Positions 47,737 to 59,559 of a stretch of 64,000 bases of DNA are shown piece by piece. The position numbers were made by a program, and so were the translations under genes. The stretch is from an uncultured Planctomycetia bacterium (GTDB taxonomy: Bacteria > Omnitrophota > Gorgyraeia > Duberdicusellales > Duberdicusellaceae). The stretch spans positions 138,643-202,642 of the forward strand of contig CAZWJT010000002.1 of the NCBI GenBank assembly GCA_964634935.1. The letters are read 5' to 3'. The notes below the pieces were generated by a model, which worked only from the letters and a program-made list of their open reading frames with translations, was not told the DNA's origin and searched no databases. The stretch's first letter is position 1. Every line of letters starts with the position of its first letter.

Positions 47737-49591
47737 GCTATTCAGCATATTTTTTTGTCTTATGCCGCTCAATTCGGCTTTGGCTTTCGGCCGCATAGCC
47801 GGAAACTTCGCTTATGCATTTAGCTCCCATAGGCGTGTTATCGCCCTCAAAAACTTAAAACTTGCGTTTCCCGAGCGATCCGAAAAAGTCTTAGTGCGTC
47901 TTATCCGCAAAATGTTCGAAAATTTCGGTATGGCAACTGTTGAAATTTTACGTATTCCAAAGATCGCCCGCGGCTCTCAAAAGACTCATTTTTCAATTGA
48001 AGGAGAAGAATTTTTCCGTGAGCTTTGTCGCGAGCGAGGAATTGCCCTTGGTATTCATATGGGAAGCTGGGAGCTTCTCAACGGCTTGTTAGTTGAGTAT
48101 TTTCCTTACGCGGTATTAGCCAGAAAACAAAAGATTACGGGACTTGACCGCTTTTTGAATGAGCTACGATTATACCATGGAACTTCGGTTATTTTTGAGA
48201 ACGAACTTCTAAAAATGGCAAAATATCTGCGGGAAGGTTACGTTTTAGGTTTAGTTTTTGATCATGGTGGAAGTGATTCTGATTTGAATGTACCGTTTTT
48301 CGGAAAACGTGTTCCAGTGCCTGCGGGAGCCTTGAGGCTTGCTTATCGGTTTCATAAGAAAATATTTCCATGCGCACTACATCGTAAGAGTCATGGACAT
48401 CATGTATTGCAGGTTGGAGCACCTCTCACGATCGATAGTGAAAATATGTTTTTCGAGTATGCCTTAACGCTTCACCGTATTTTTGAAGGATATATCCGGA
48501 TGCATCCAGAAGAGTATCTCTGGTTCTTCAAGCGCTTTAAAAGAAGCGTTGATACGAAACTTCTTGTTCTTTCTGATGGAAAGGCTGGACATCTAAAGCA
48601 ATCACAGGCAATAGCTGAAATAGTCAAGACAAACTTTGAACGAGTGAGCGTTGAAGAAATCGAAGTTTCTTTGACATACCTGCAAAGATTTTTTCTGAAT
48701 TCTCTGCTCGGTATTCTATATATTCGGCGCAAACGCCAGAGCCGTTTCTTTAAAATAATTCTCGGTAGGCAGTTTGATAGGATTTTTCGGTACGCGGATT
48801 TGGTTGTTTCTACGGGAGGGGCTTTGTCGTCATTAAACAGAATCTTTAGTTGGATGATGGACGCAAAATCAATTAACATTTTTCGTCCAGCAATCGCATC
48901 TCAGACTTTTGACCTTCTTTTTATTCCGCGTCATGATCACCCAGCGAATCTCAAAAATCTAGTCCAGTTTGAGGGAGCTATCGTTTCTCAGGATATCGAC
49001 AATATTGAACGGGGTAAAAAACATCTACTCGAGAGTATACCAAGCTATTCATCCGATCTTCCCGTTCTCGGTATTTTTTTGGGCGGTCCGGTAAAGGGCA
49101 GAGGGTTTTCTCTGGAAATCGAAAAATTGTTCTCGGTTTTTCGGCGTATTCATTTGATGCGTCCAATACAACTTTTTATCAGTACGTCACGCAGAACACC
49201 TTCGTTGTTTGAAGAAAAAATCGAGCAGATGTCCCAAGGTAACCCACTAGTTAAAATTTTCATTTCGTCAGAGAAAAACAATTTTCCATTTGCGAGTGAG
49301 AGCATCATGGCTTTGTCGAGCTTAGTAATTGTTACAGCAGATTCTATTTCCATGCTTACTGAAAGTTGTACGCTTGCTCCAGCAACGATAGCACTCAACG
49401 CTTTCGACAGATTTATGCTTCCTCGAAAACATGGTAGATTTCTGATGGAACTCGAAAAACGGAACCATATCGCATCCGTAACCGTTGATGGATTGTTCGA
49501 TGAATGTGTTTCGGTTCTCTTAAAAAATAAAACGTTTGCGAAACTCGACAACACACAGAATATTATCGAATCATTGAAAACAATCATATGA
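47681..49591 (+). CDS. Fusion protein: LpxL/HtrB-type lipid A late acyltransferase (N-terminal ~290 aa) fused to an ELM1/DUF1022-family domain (C-terminal ~340 aa)
   Basis: N-terminal …LAFGRIAGNFAYAFSSHRRVIALKNLKLAFPE… and the HxxxxD-position region (…HMGSWELLNG…) are typical of the LPLAT/LpxL family. C-terminal LLVLSDGKAGHLKQSQAIAE…VTADSISMLTES matches ELM1/DUF1022 hallmarks (lsdgk.Gh.nQ…, tADSvSMlsEa). A single uninterrupted ORF of 636 aa. Confidence 0.65.
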   Translation: MSIEKRSSSMSWLAYYLCKLFSIFFCLMPLNSALAFGRIAGNFAYAFSSHRRVIALKNLKLAFPERSEKVLVRLIRKMFENFGMATVEILRIPKIARGSQKTHFSIEGEEFFRELCRERGIALGIHMGSWELLNGLLVEYFPYAVLARKQKITGLDRFLNELRLYHGTSVIFENELLKMAKYLREGYVLGLVFDHGGSDSDLNVPFFGKRVPVPAGALRLAYRFHKKIFPCALHRKSHGHHVLQVGAPLTIDSENMFFEYALTLHRIFEGYIRMHPEEYLWFFKRFKRSVDTKLLVLSDGKAGHLKQSQAIAEIVKTNFERVSVEEIEVSLTYLQRFFLNSLLGILYIRRKRQSRFFKIILGRQFDRIFRYADLVVSTGGALSSLNRIFSWMMDAKSINIFRPAIASQTFDLLFIPRHDHPANLKNLVQFEGAIVSQDIDNIERGKKHLLESIPSYSSDLPVLGIFLGGPVKGRGFSLEIEKLFSVFRRIHLMRPIQLFISTSRRTPSLFEEKIEQMSQGNPLVKIFISSEKNNFPFASESIMALSSLVIVTADSISMLTESCTLAPATIALNAFDRFMLPRKHGRFLMELEKRNHIASVTVDGLFDECVSVLLKNKTFAKLDNTQNIIESLKTII

Positions 49592-51656
49592 AAGTCATCC
49601 AGTTGGTGCCTCGGCTTGATCTGGGCGGTGTTGAGCGCGGAACAGTCGATTTTGCCAAATATCTCGTAGAGAACAATCATGAAGCAATAGTTGTTTCTGC
49701 CGGTGGAGCCTATGTTGATCGTTTACGAAAGCTTGGAGTAAAGCATTACACCTTAGAGATTGATCGTAAATCACTTTGGACCATCCTATCCTCGATAAAA
49801 ACTCTCCGAAAAATTATTCTCAATGAACAGGCTGATATTGTGCATGCGCGATCACGCGTTCCAGCCATTATTGGTTATGTTTCTTCCCGGAAAACACAAG
49901 CTCAATTCATAACTACATGTCACGGATATTATTCTCAGAATTTCTTTGGTAAAGTCATGGGTTTCTCTCATCAGGTCATTTGTCCAAGCCAAGTCATAGC
50001 CCGTCATATGATTGATGATTTTGGGATTCCTGCGCGAAATATCGTTCTTATACCTCGCGGCCTCAATCTTGAGGAGTTTCCTTTCATATCGCCAGACAAA
50101 AAAGACCATTCAATGCTAAAAATCTGTTTTTTGGGAAGGATATCACCCATAAAAGGTATTGAATACTTTATTGAGGCGGCACAGAAGTATCTCGCTGAAC
50201 ATCAAAACGCTGAGTTTTATATCTGCGGAACTGCCGGTGCAAAACATGAAGGATATGAAAAATTCTTAAAAAAAATGGTTGTAAAGGCCGGCCTTGAGAA
50301 TAAAGTGATTTTTAAAGGCAAGGTGAATTCGGCGCTCATGTTGAGTGAATGCCATGTTCTTGTATTTCCTTCAGTCGTTCATGAGTCGTTCGGACGAGTT
50401 CTCATCGAAGCACAGGCAAGCGGGGTTGTTTGTATTGCTACTGCCCTTGGCGCTCCGGCAGAGATTATTGACGAAACAACAGGAATTTTAGTTACACCAA
50501 AAGATAGTGAAGCGATAAAGAATGCTCTCGAAAAAATTTCATTTGATGACGCATTCTATAAAAATTTAATCCTGTCAGCCAGAAAGAAAGTTGAAGAACA
50601 CTATTCGCTTTCGACCATGGGAGAAAAAACACTTTTAACCTATCGGCATGCGTTAGATCAAAAACATATATTGATCATAAAGATTTCGTCCCTTGGGGAT
50701 ATTGTACTGGCTGCTCCTTCAGTGAGTGGCCTTCGAGAAAAATTTCCTTCTGCAAAAATTTATTTTTTATGCGAGCATCGTTTTCGTGCTATTGCCGAAA
50801 CCATTCCAGGAATCGACAAAATTGTTGTTTTTCATGGTTCAAAAAACAAGTTTTCAGAATTATTTCGACTCAGCTCATTTTTCCGTAAATGCGATATCGA
50901 TATTGTTATCGATCTACAAAATACTTGGTTTTCTCATTTCTTGGCTTTCCTGGTTTTTGCAAAACATACGGTCGGGTATAATCGTAATTTTGGTTTTCTT
51001 CTCGATCAAAAAATCCCTTATGCGATGGCGCCTGGCGGACCAGTTGAGTCTCAAAAAAAGATTCTTGAATGTGTTGATGCTCAGCCCCAAATGAAAACGC
51101 CGTGGTTGCAAACTGAAAAATCAATCAACGATCGCTGCTCCAATTTGTTATCTCTTTACGGTATTTCTCCGGCTGACCGTCTTGTAGGAATCAATCTTCG
51201 GGCATCAACTCAGTGGAAGACAAAGGGTTTTTCCTTATCGTCTATCCTTGAGATTACATCTTACCTGTTACGTCGGAATCAGGAGAAAATAATCTTTATC
51301 GGCGAACAGAATGTACGAGGATTTTCGGAAGAAATCGAAAAACATCTTGTGTCGTGGAGAATCATTAACCTCTGCGGGAAAACTGATATGGCTGAACTTG
51401 TTTCACTGATTAATCGGCTTACGCTTCTGATTACCCCGGATAGTGCGCCCCTCCATATCGCGCAAGCGTTTGGCGTAAAAACTATCGCATTTTTTGGACC
51501 GACTCTTGCTGAACGCCATTTAGTAAAAACGGGTGATGTTGAAATTATTACTTGCTCCGGACTTTCCTGCAAGGGTTGTTACAAAAAAGAGTGTTCTACC
51601 TATGCCTGTTTTTCTGAAATAAAACGCATTCCCGAAGCTATCGATCGACTGCTGCA

Positions 51657-51660
<4 letters not shown>
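49588..51660 (+). CDS. Bifunctional glycosyltransferase: GT1/GT4-family domain (N) fused to GT9 heptosyltransferase-like domain (C)
   Basis: N half: MKVIQLVPRLDLGGVERGTVD… E…E-containing GT-B GT4 pattern (…FPSVVHESFGRVLIEAQASGVVCIAT…). C half: ILIIKISSLGDIVLAAPSVSGLREKFPSAKIYFL…IDIVIDLQ…, the WaaC/WaaF GT9 signature. 690 aa, ATGA overlap with the upstream gene. Confidence 0.7.
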
Positions 51661-54866
<3,206 letters not shown>

Positions 54867-54886
<20 letters not shown>

Positions 54887-55535
54887 TGCTCGTCCGAGAA
54901 TCACAACTATTGCTTTTGACTTAGGGGGAGTGTTGTTTGATTTTGATTATACAAAAGCCTTGGAGCGTTTCATGCCACACATGGGCGGTAATTCAGCAGA
55001 AGTTCTTTCTGCGATTTTTACTAAAGAATTCTGTTCGCCGTTTGAACGGGGCCAGGAAACTCCCGAAGATTTTTTCAGGAAATTTTCTCAACTTGCGCAG
55101 CTTTCGATTCCATATGCAGATTTTGTTCCTGCCTGGAATAACATTTTTTCTTTAAATCACGGGACGTTGCAACTTATCCGAAATCTAAAAAAGAGCTATC
55201 CCGTTTTTCTTATTTCCAATATTAATATTTTGCACTATGAGTTTTTAACATCGTGCTATCCGGATGTTTTTCACTTATTTAACGCCCAAATTCTTTCTTA
55301 TCGCCATGGTACTATTAAGCCAGAGTCAAAAATTTACCACATCCTCCTTACGGAAGCGCGGGTACTTCCAAATCAAATTGTCTACATAGATGACCGTGGC
55401 GATTTGATTGATGCCGCGCGTAAGTTAGGAATTTCTTCTATTCGCTTCAACGATGTCCATTCCTGTCTTACGGAATTACGACGCCTTGGTGTTTCTGTGA
55501 CGAAAAACAGGCGTTTTTCAGTCCTGGTTGATTGA
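54867..55535 (+). CDS. HAD-superfamily hydrolase
   Basis: ITTIAFDLGGVLFDFDY (motif I with DxG variant), …LISNINI… and …YIDDRGDLIDAA… (motif IV). The ATG at 54867 overlaps the trmD fusion end. The track ORF start at 54747 is an upstream extension. Confidence 0.65.
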
Positions 55536-55574
55536 CTTTTAAAGAAGTCTATGTTATAGTTTAACCAGGATGAT

Positions 55575-56579
55575 ATGAAGGTAAAAATACTTGTATTTAT
55601 TGCTTCTTTCTGGGTATTCCACTTTGGTTTTGCCCTTGATACCATTGATGTTCAGTGGATTGCACCGACCACAATTAGCAATATCAAGATAGTTGAAATT
55701 AAATTTCCGGCATCAACCGTAGAAGATAGGGTAGTCAATTTCTCAATAACGGTACAAAGTACTTCTGCGCAAGAGATCTTCGCAAAGCTAGAGATTGAGT
55801 TTAACAGTGAGGATATTTCTCGCCGAGAAATTATCCTAACAGGTACGAAGAAAATTTCACCCGCAGAAACCGCAATTTTTGTTCTTCCCTGGACAGCAAA
55901 AGAAGGAATGCACCTTTTTTCAACCAGACTCCTCGATTTCGAAGATACGATTCTTGACGAACAGGAAAATCTTAAAATTTCAGTTGCGCAAGGCTCTGCC
56001 ACTACCGACTCCCCGGATAATTCGATAGTCAATGTCCCGTCTCCAGAGTCTGAATCGTTTATTCAGGTTACTGCCGATGAATCACCGGAAAATTATTTTA
56101 CCTCTTCGGATTTTCTCCCAGAGCTTGTGACAAACGAAATGAATAGTCCATACACCGAAGATGCCAATACCTGGATTACGTATCTTGAGTCCGATGGACA
56201 ACGCATCATTTCAAATGATACTCTTCTGTTCGGTCTTTCTGAATATACGGGCAGTCAGCCTACCGGTTTAGGAGAAGATATTCTTGCCTCCTATCTTGGG
56301 AGTGACGGTTTCCCTGCTGGCGGAGGTAATTACGCACGAGCTTTCGACTCGGGTTCATCGCCAATCTCACCCATGTTTTCCAATGACAATGATGGTGATT
56401 TTGATGGCCCTCCGGCCCCTCTCGACGGTGGATTCGGAGACCAAGAACCAGTTGGCGGAGTTCCTGAACCTTCGACATTTTTTGGGATTGCTACCACCTT
56501 GTTTTTTACCTATTTTGCCTACCGGAAAAAGAAAAAAAGTTTTACGACTGCGGTTGACTATGGAAAAAAAACTTCATAG
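55575..56579 (+). CDS. Secreted PEP-CTERM sorting-domain protein (putative exosortase substrate)
   Basis: Signal peptide MKVKILVFIASFWVFHFGFA. C-terminus GGVPEPSTFFGIATTLFFTYFAYRKKKKS (VPEP motif, hydrophobic helix, basic tail). Central acidic S/T/D-rich region. Confidence 0.75.
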   Translation: MKVKILVFIASFWVFHFGFALDTIDVQWIAPTTISNIKIVEIKFPASTVEDRVVNFSITVQSTSAQEIFAKLEIEFNSEDISRREIILTGTKKISPAETAIFVLPWTAKEGMHLFSTRLLDFEDTILDEQENLKISVAQGSATTDSPDNSIVNVPSPESESFIQVTADESPENYFTSSDFLPELVTNEMNSPYTEDANTWITYLESDGQRIISNDTLLFGLSEYTGSQPTGLGEDILASYLGSDGFPAGGGNYARAFDSGSSPISPMFSNDNDGDFDGPPAPLDGGFGDQEPVGGVPEPSTFFGIATTLFFTYFAYRKKKKSFTTAVDYGKKTS

Positions 56580-57219
56580 AGAAAAAAAGATTTATTTTTT
56601 CCTTTTTTCATTTATCTTTGGAATTATCCTTGTTTTTCCTGGAATGCTTCGTGCGCAGTCGAATCCTGAACCTTTTGTGTTAAAAAAGAAAGATTCTCCG
56701 CAATCATCACCCTGGTTTCTTCGCTGGATTCCTGAAAAGAAAAAGAAAACAGGAACTTCCGGCAAAAAAAACATACAACAAACCCAACCAGATCGGCCAT
56801 GCGCTGTGCTGGAACAAGATTTCAGCAGGTGCAAGCAAAATAATTCTCTGCTCAATGACCAACTAGCTACGACTATAAGCGAATTAGAAAATGCAAAGCT
56901 TGAACTTGAACGGCTTCGAAAGAATTTAAAAGCATTACAGAATTTTGTCGTAGCGGCAAATCTACTCACGAAAGAACAAATTGAAGAATTGCAGGATGGG
57001 AACTGGGAACTGACTCTGGAAAAACTCTTACAGACTCAAGGTAAGCCAGAACGCAGTGATTTTCATGAAGTAACCAAAGGGGAATCCCTCTGGAGTATTG
57101 CCCAGAAAGAATACAACAACCCTTATAAGTGGCTCCTTTTGTATCATGCGAACAAAGACCAGATTTATGATGCAGACCTCATCTACCCCGGAATGGTTCT
57201 TATTATCCCTCGATATTAG
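56560..57219 (+). CDS. LysM-domain coiled-coil protein with N-terminal signal/anchor
   Basis: MEKKLHREKKIYFFLFSFIFGIILVFPGMLRA. Coiled-coil segment …LATTISELENAKLELERLRKNLKAL… C-terminal LysM HEVTKGESLWSIAQKEYNNPYKWLLLYHANKDQIYDADLIYPGMVLIIP. The track ORF start at 56284 is an extension overlapping the PEP-CTERM gene. Confidence 0.7.
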   Translation: MEKKLHREKKIYFFLFSFIFGIILVFPGMLRAQSNPEPFVLKKKDSPQSSPWFLRWIPEKKKKTGTSGKKNIQQTQPDRPCAVLEQDFSRCKQNNSLLNDQLATTISELENAKLELERLRKNLKALQNFVVAANLLTKEQIEELQDGNWELTLEKLLQTQGKPERSDFHEVTKGESLWSIAQKEYNNPYKWLLLYHANKDQIYDADLIYPGMVLIIPRY

Positions 57220-57220
57220 C

Positions 57221-58906
57221 ATGTTTAAAAAACATTCCTTCCTCCTTGTTTTCTTGGTTACGAGCATAGTTTCGGTATATGCCGCAATGAGTCGTACTGT
57301 GGACGAGGCTCTTCTCGAAGTTGAAATGGGCAAAAGAGTAGAAGGAATCCTCGACAAACTCATCGGCAGCCAGCGAAGTATCGTTGACGTCAAAGTAACC
57401 TTGAAAGATATGACCGAAAGCGACATTGGAAAGCTGCGTATGCTTCGTCATACGCTCCCTGGCATGGCTACATCACAGATGCAAGACGAAAACGAACAGA
57501 ATGCAACTGATCCAAAAAACCGGTTTAAAGTTCTAGCTCCCCTTATTTCAACAATGAGCGTTACCATTTTAGTAGACGAGAAACTTCCGAAGGAAAAAAT
57601 TACTATAATTGAAAAAGAAATACCGCCGCTTATTGGTTTAAATCTTGCCAAAGGCGACCTATTAACAGTGAAGCCAATCCCTTGGAAAGATGTTCTCACT
57701 GAAGAAATGGCGATTAAACAGGTGGGATTATCCAAAAGTTCTTATTTTGTTCTTGTTTTAATAGCTGTTTTTACTGGTGGAGTTGTTATTTTTTTCTTCA
57801 GCCAATTTTTAGGAAAAAAGCTGAAAAAAATATCAGCGGATCAACTTGATACATTCAGCAGTTATGCGAATAAGATGGATGTCGCTCGAGGTGACCTTAC
57901 AGATTCGCTTCATAAAATGGGTGAAGCATTACAGCAAATGATGCAGTCAGAAAGTGGGGGACATGGCGGAGGCGCACGAGAAATGTCTGATGTTCTTCAA
58001 AAACTTATTGAAACGCAAAAAGAAGTAAGCGATTCAAGTACGGACAGAATCACCGAAGCTCTTATGGAGCTCAAGGACTCACTTGGGGAAGTTGGAGGCG
58101 GCGGTCCAGGCGGAGGCGGAGCAGGAGGGGCAGGAGGTGGAGGATTTGGAGGAGGCGGAGCAGGGGGGACAGGAGGTGGAGGCGGAGAAGGAATTTCAAA
58201 GCTGGCCGCAGAATCACAAGATCCAATGACCAAGGCTTTGGCTATTATGAATTCCTTAAAACCCGAAGAAATTATGCAAATCCTCCAAGATGAAGATGCG
58301 CATATGAAAGCGATTGTTGTGGCTCATTTAAGTCCTGAAAAATCTGCGGAATTTCTCCTTGCGCTTGATGATGAAAATCGGAACACGCTTACGACCGCAA
58401 TAGCTCAAATTCCAGAAGGTGACATTGAAAGTCTTTTAGCATTGAAGGATTTTCTTGATAAAAAAGCAACCGTCATTATGCATCGCAATCTCCTGCCTGG
58501 AAAGGCGGCTCGAGCAATGGCAAAAATGTTGAGCCGTTCATTACCAGAAGTACGCAAGTCTGTTCTTGATAATATTCGGAAACGAACCCCAGAAGTGGCT
58601 GAAGAAATTGAAGATAGTTTGTTTTTATTCGACGATATCAGCAAACTTGATGATCGAACAATAAAAAGCGTTATCGCCAATATTGACCGCAATGTTTTAA
58701 TCAGGGCATTGAAAAAAGCAAGCAGTACCACCAAGGAGAAAATACTGGCGACCTTTACCCCCCGATCTCGGTCTATTCTTGAAGAAGATATCGATGTTCT
58801 TGGCGAAATCCCTTTTCAGGTTTGTCTGCAGGCCCAGAACATTATTCTTGATCGTATTGATATTTTAATTGAAGAGGGAAATTTTGGAACAGCGAGTACA
58901 GGATAA
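57221..58906 (+). CDS. Bitopic membrane protein combining a YscJ/FliF-like periplasmic ring-building motif, a TM helix, a poly-Gly linker and FliG-like middle plus C-terminal (torque-helix) domains
   Basis: 561 aa from the ATG at 57221. Signal/TM1 FLLVFLVTSIVSVYA. Periplasmic EVEMGKRVEGILDKLIGSQRSIVDVKVTLKD (cf. FliF/YscJ LEGELARTIESLxGVxSARVHL). TM2 YFVLVLIAVFTGGVVIFFF. G-rich tract GGGGPGGGGAGGAGGGGFGGGGAGGTGGGGG. FliG-like EIMQILQDEDAHMKAIVVAHLSPEKSAEFL… and LFLFDDISKLDDRTIKSVIANIDRNVLIRALKKASSTTKEKILATFTPRSRSILEEDIDVLGEIP…IILDRIDILIEEG (cf. FliG MFVFEDL…LALKGA…MSQRAADILRDDL…IVRRLAETGE). Confidence 0.6.
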   Translation: MFKKHSFLLVFLVTSIVSVYAAMSRTVDEALLEVEMGKRVEGILDKLIGSQRSIVDVKVTLKDMTESDIGKLRMLRHTLPGMATSQMQDENEQNATDPKNRFKVLAPLISTMSVTILVDEKLPKEKITIIEKEIPPLIGLNLAKGDLLTVKPIPWKDVLTEEMAIKQVGLSKSSYFVLVLIAVFTGGVVIFFFSQFLGKKLKKISADQLDTFSSYANKMDVARGDLTDSLHKMGEALQQMMQSESGGHGGGAREMSDVLQKLIETQKEVSDSSTDRITEALMELKDSLGEVGGGGPGGGGAGGAGGGGFGGGGAGGTGGGGGEGISKLAAESQDPMTKALAIMNSLKPEEIMQILQDEDAHMKAIVVAHLSPEKSAEFLLALDDENRNTLTTAIAQIPEGDIESLLALKDFLDKKATVIMHRNLLPGKAARAMAKMLSRSLPEVRKSVLDNIRKRTPEVAEEIEDSLFLFDDISKLDDRTIKSVIANIDRNVLIRALKKASSTTKEKILATFTPRSRSILEEDIDVLGEIPFQVCLQAQNIILDRIDILIEEGNFGTASTG

Positions 58907-58927
58907 GCTACATCAGGTTTATGTATC

Positions 58928-59458
58928 TTAGCGATATAAATCTTTTCGAAAGAGGCCTTTTTCTTTCAGTCGAGCTTCTTCTTCAAGAGAAAGAAAAAAA
59001 TCCATGTATTTCGTATTCGGAGCGACAATTGCTGTTTTTGCATACCCATGTTTTACAAGATATGCATTAAGAAAAATCTCGTATTGGTTTGCACCCACTT
59101 GTCGGATTACATCGGTATCACGACTTAAATTTTCGGTAAGTTCCGGAACAATAAGAAATAAGTAAATCAAAGCATGTTTGGAGCGGCTTTCTTGGCGTTC
59201 GTCATATTCAACGCGGAATCCATTTGCCCGTGAAACCATTGATTTTACAAAACTCAGGCATTCGTCAAAATCGGTTGATGAATTTTTTGAAAGCGGAGCG
59301 ATTCCTTCAAGCTGATAAACGGTTTGGGAAGAGCTGATAAAAGTAATGGGGTCGATAAATTTGATGATTGAAAAGGAATCATCGTTTTCAGCTGTTGCGT
59401 GGTATAATACCGGTATGCTAAAAACGACAAAAAAAAGAATATTTTTAGAGATGCGCAT
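58928..59458 (-). CDS. Secreted thermonuclease (SNase)-fold protein, degenerate (no DGDT Ca-site motif)
   Basis: From the ATG at 59458 (complement): MRISKNILFFVVFSIPVLYHA signal peptide. C-terminal …GANQYEIFLNAYLVKHGYAKTAIVAPNTKYMDFFLSLEEEARLKEKGLF resembles the SNase C-terminal block (…N..Lv..G.A.v…..y…f…E..Ar..k.GlW). Confidence 0.4.
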   Translation of the reverse strand: MRISKNILFFVVFSIPVLYHATAENDDSFSIIKFIDPITFISSSQTVYQLEGIAPLSKNSSTDFDECLSFVKSMVSRANGFRVEYDERQESRSKHALIYLFLIVPELTENLSRDTDVIRQVGANQYEIFLNAYLVKHGYAKTAIVAPNTKYMDFFLSLEEEARLKEKGLFRKDLYR

Positions 59459-59559
59459 ATAAGGTACTATAGCATTTGCTTTTATCTCAGTCAATATATG
59501 GCAATCCTTAATTATTCTTTGCGTGCTGGCAAGCACCAGAAAAAATTCTTTTACCGAAT

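Noticed and set aside
56284-56559. ORF-track N-terminal extension of the LysM gene (start 56284) overlapping the PEP-CTERM gene in another frame
   Set aside because: The extension has no signal peptide logic and overlaps a well-supported CDS. The ATG at 56560 gives a proper signal/anchor peptide immediately after the upstream stop.
57098-57220. Upstream extension of the FliF/FliG-like ORF overlapping the LysM gene
   Set aside because: The ATG at 57221 follows the LysM stop by 1 nt and begins with a typical signal/TM segment. The extension overlaps a supported CDS out of frame.
57997-58233. Minus-strand ORF encoding a proline-rich peptide (PPPPPVPPAPPPP…)
   Set aside because: It is the antisense reading of the G-rich poly-Gly-coding tract of the FliG-like gene. 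It has no independent start context and is an artefact of low-complexity sequence.
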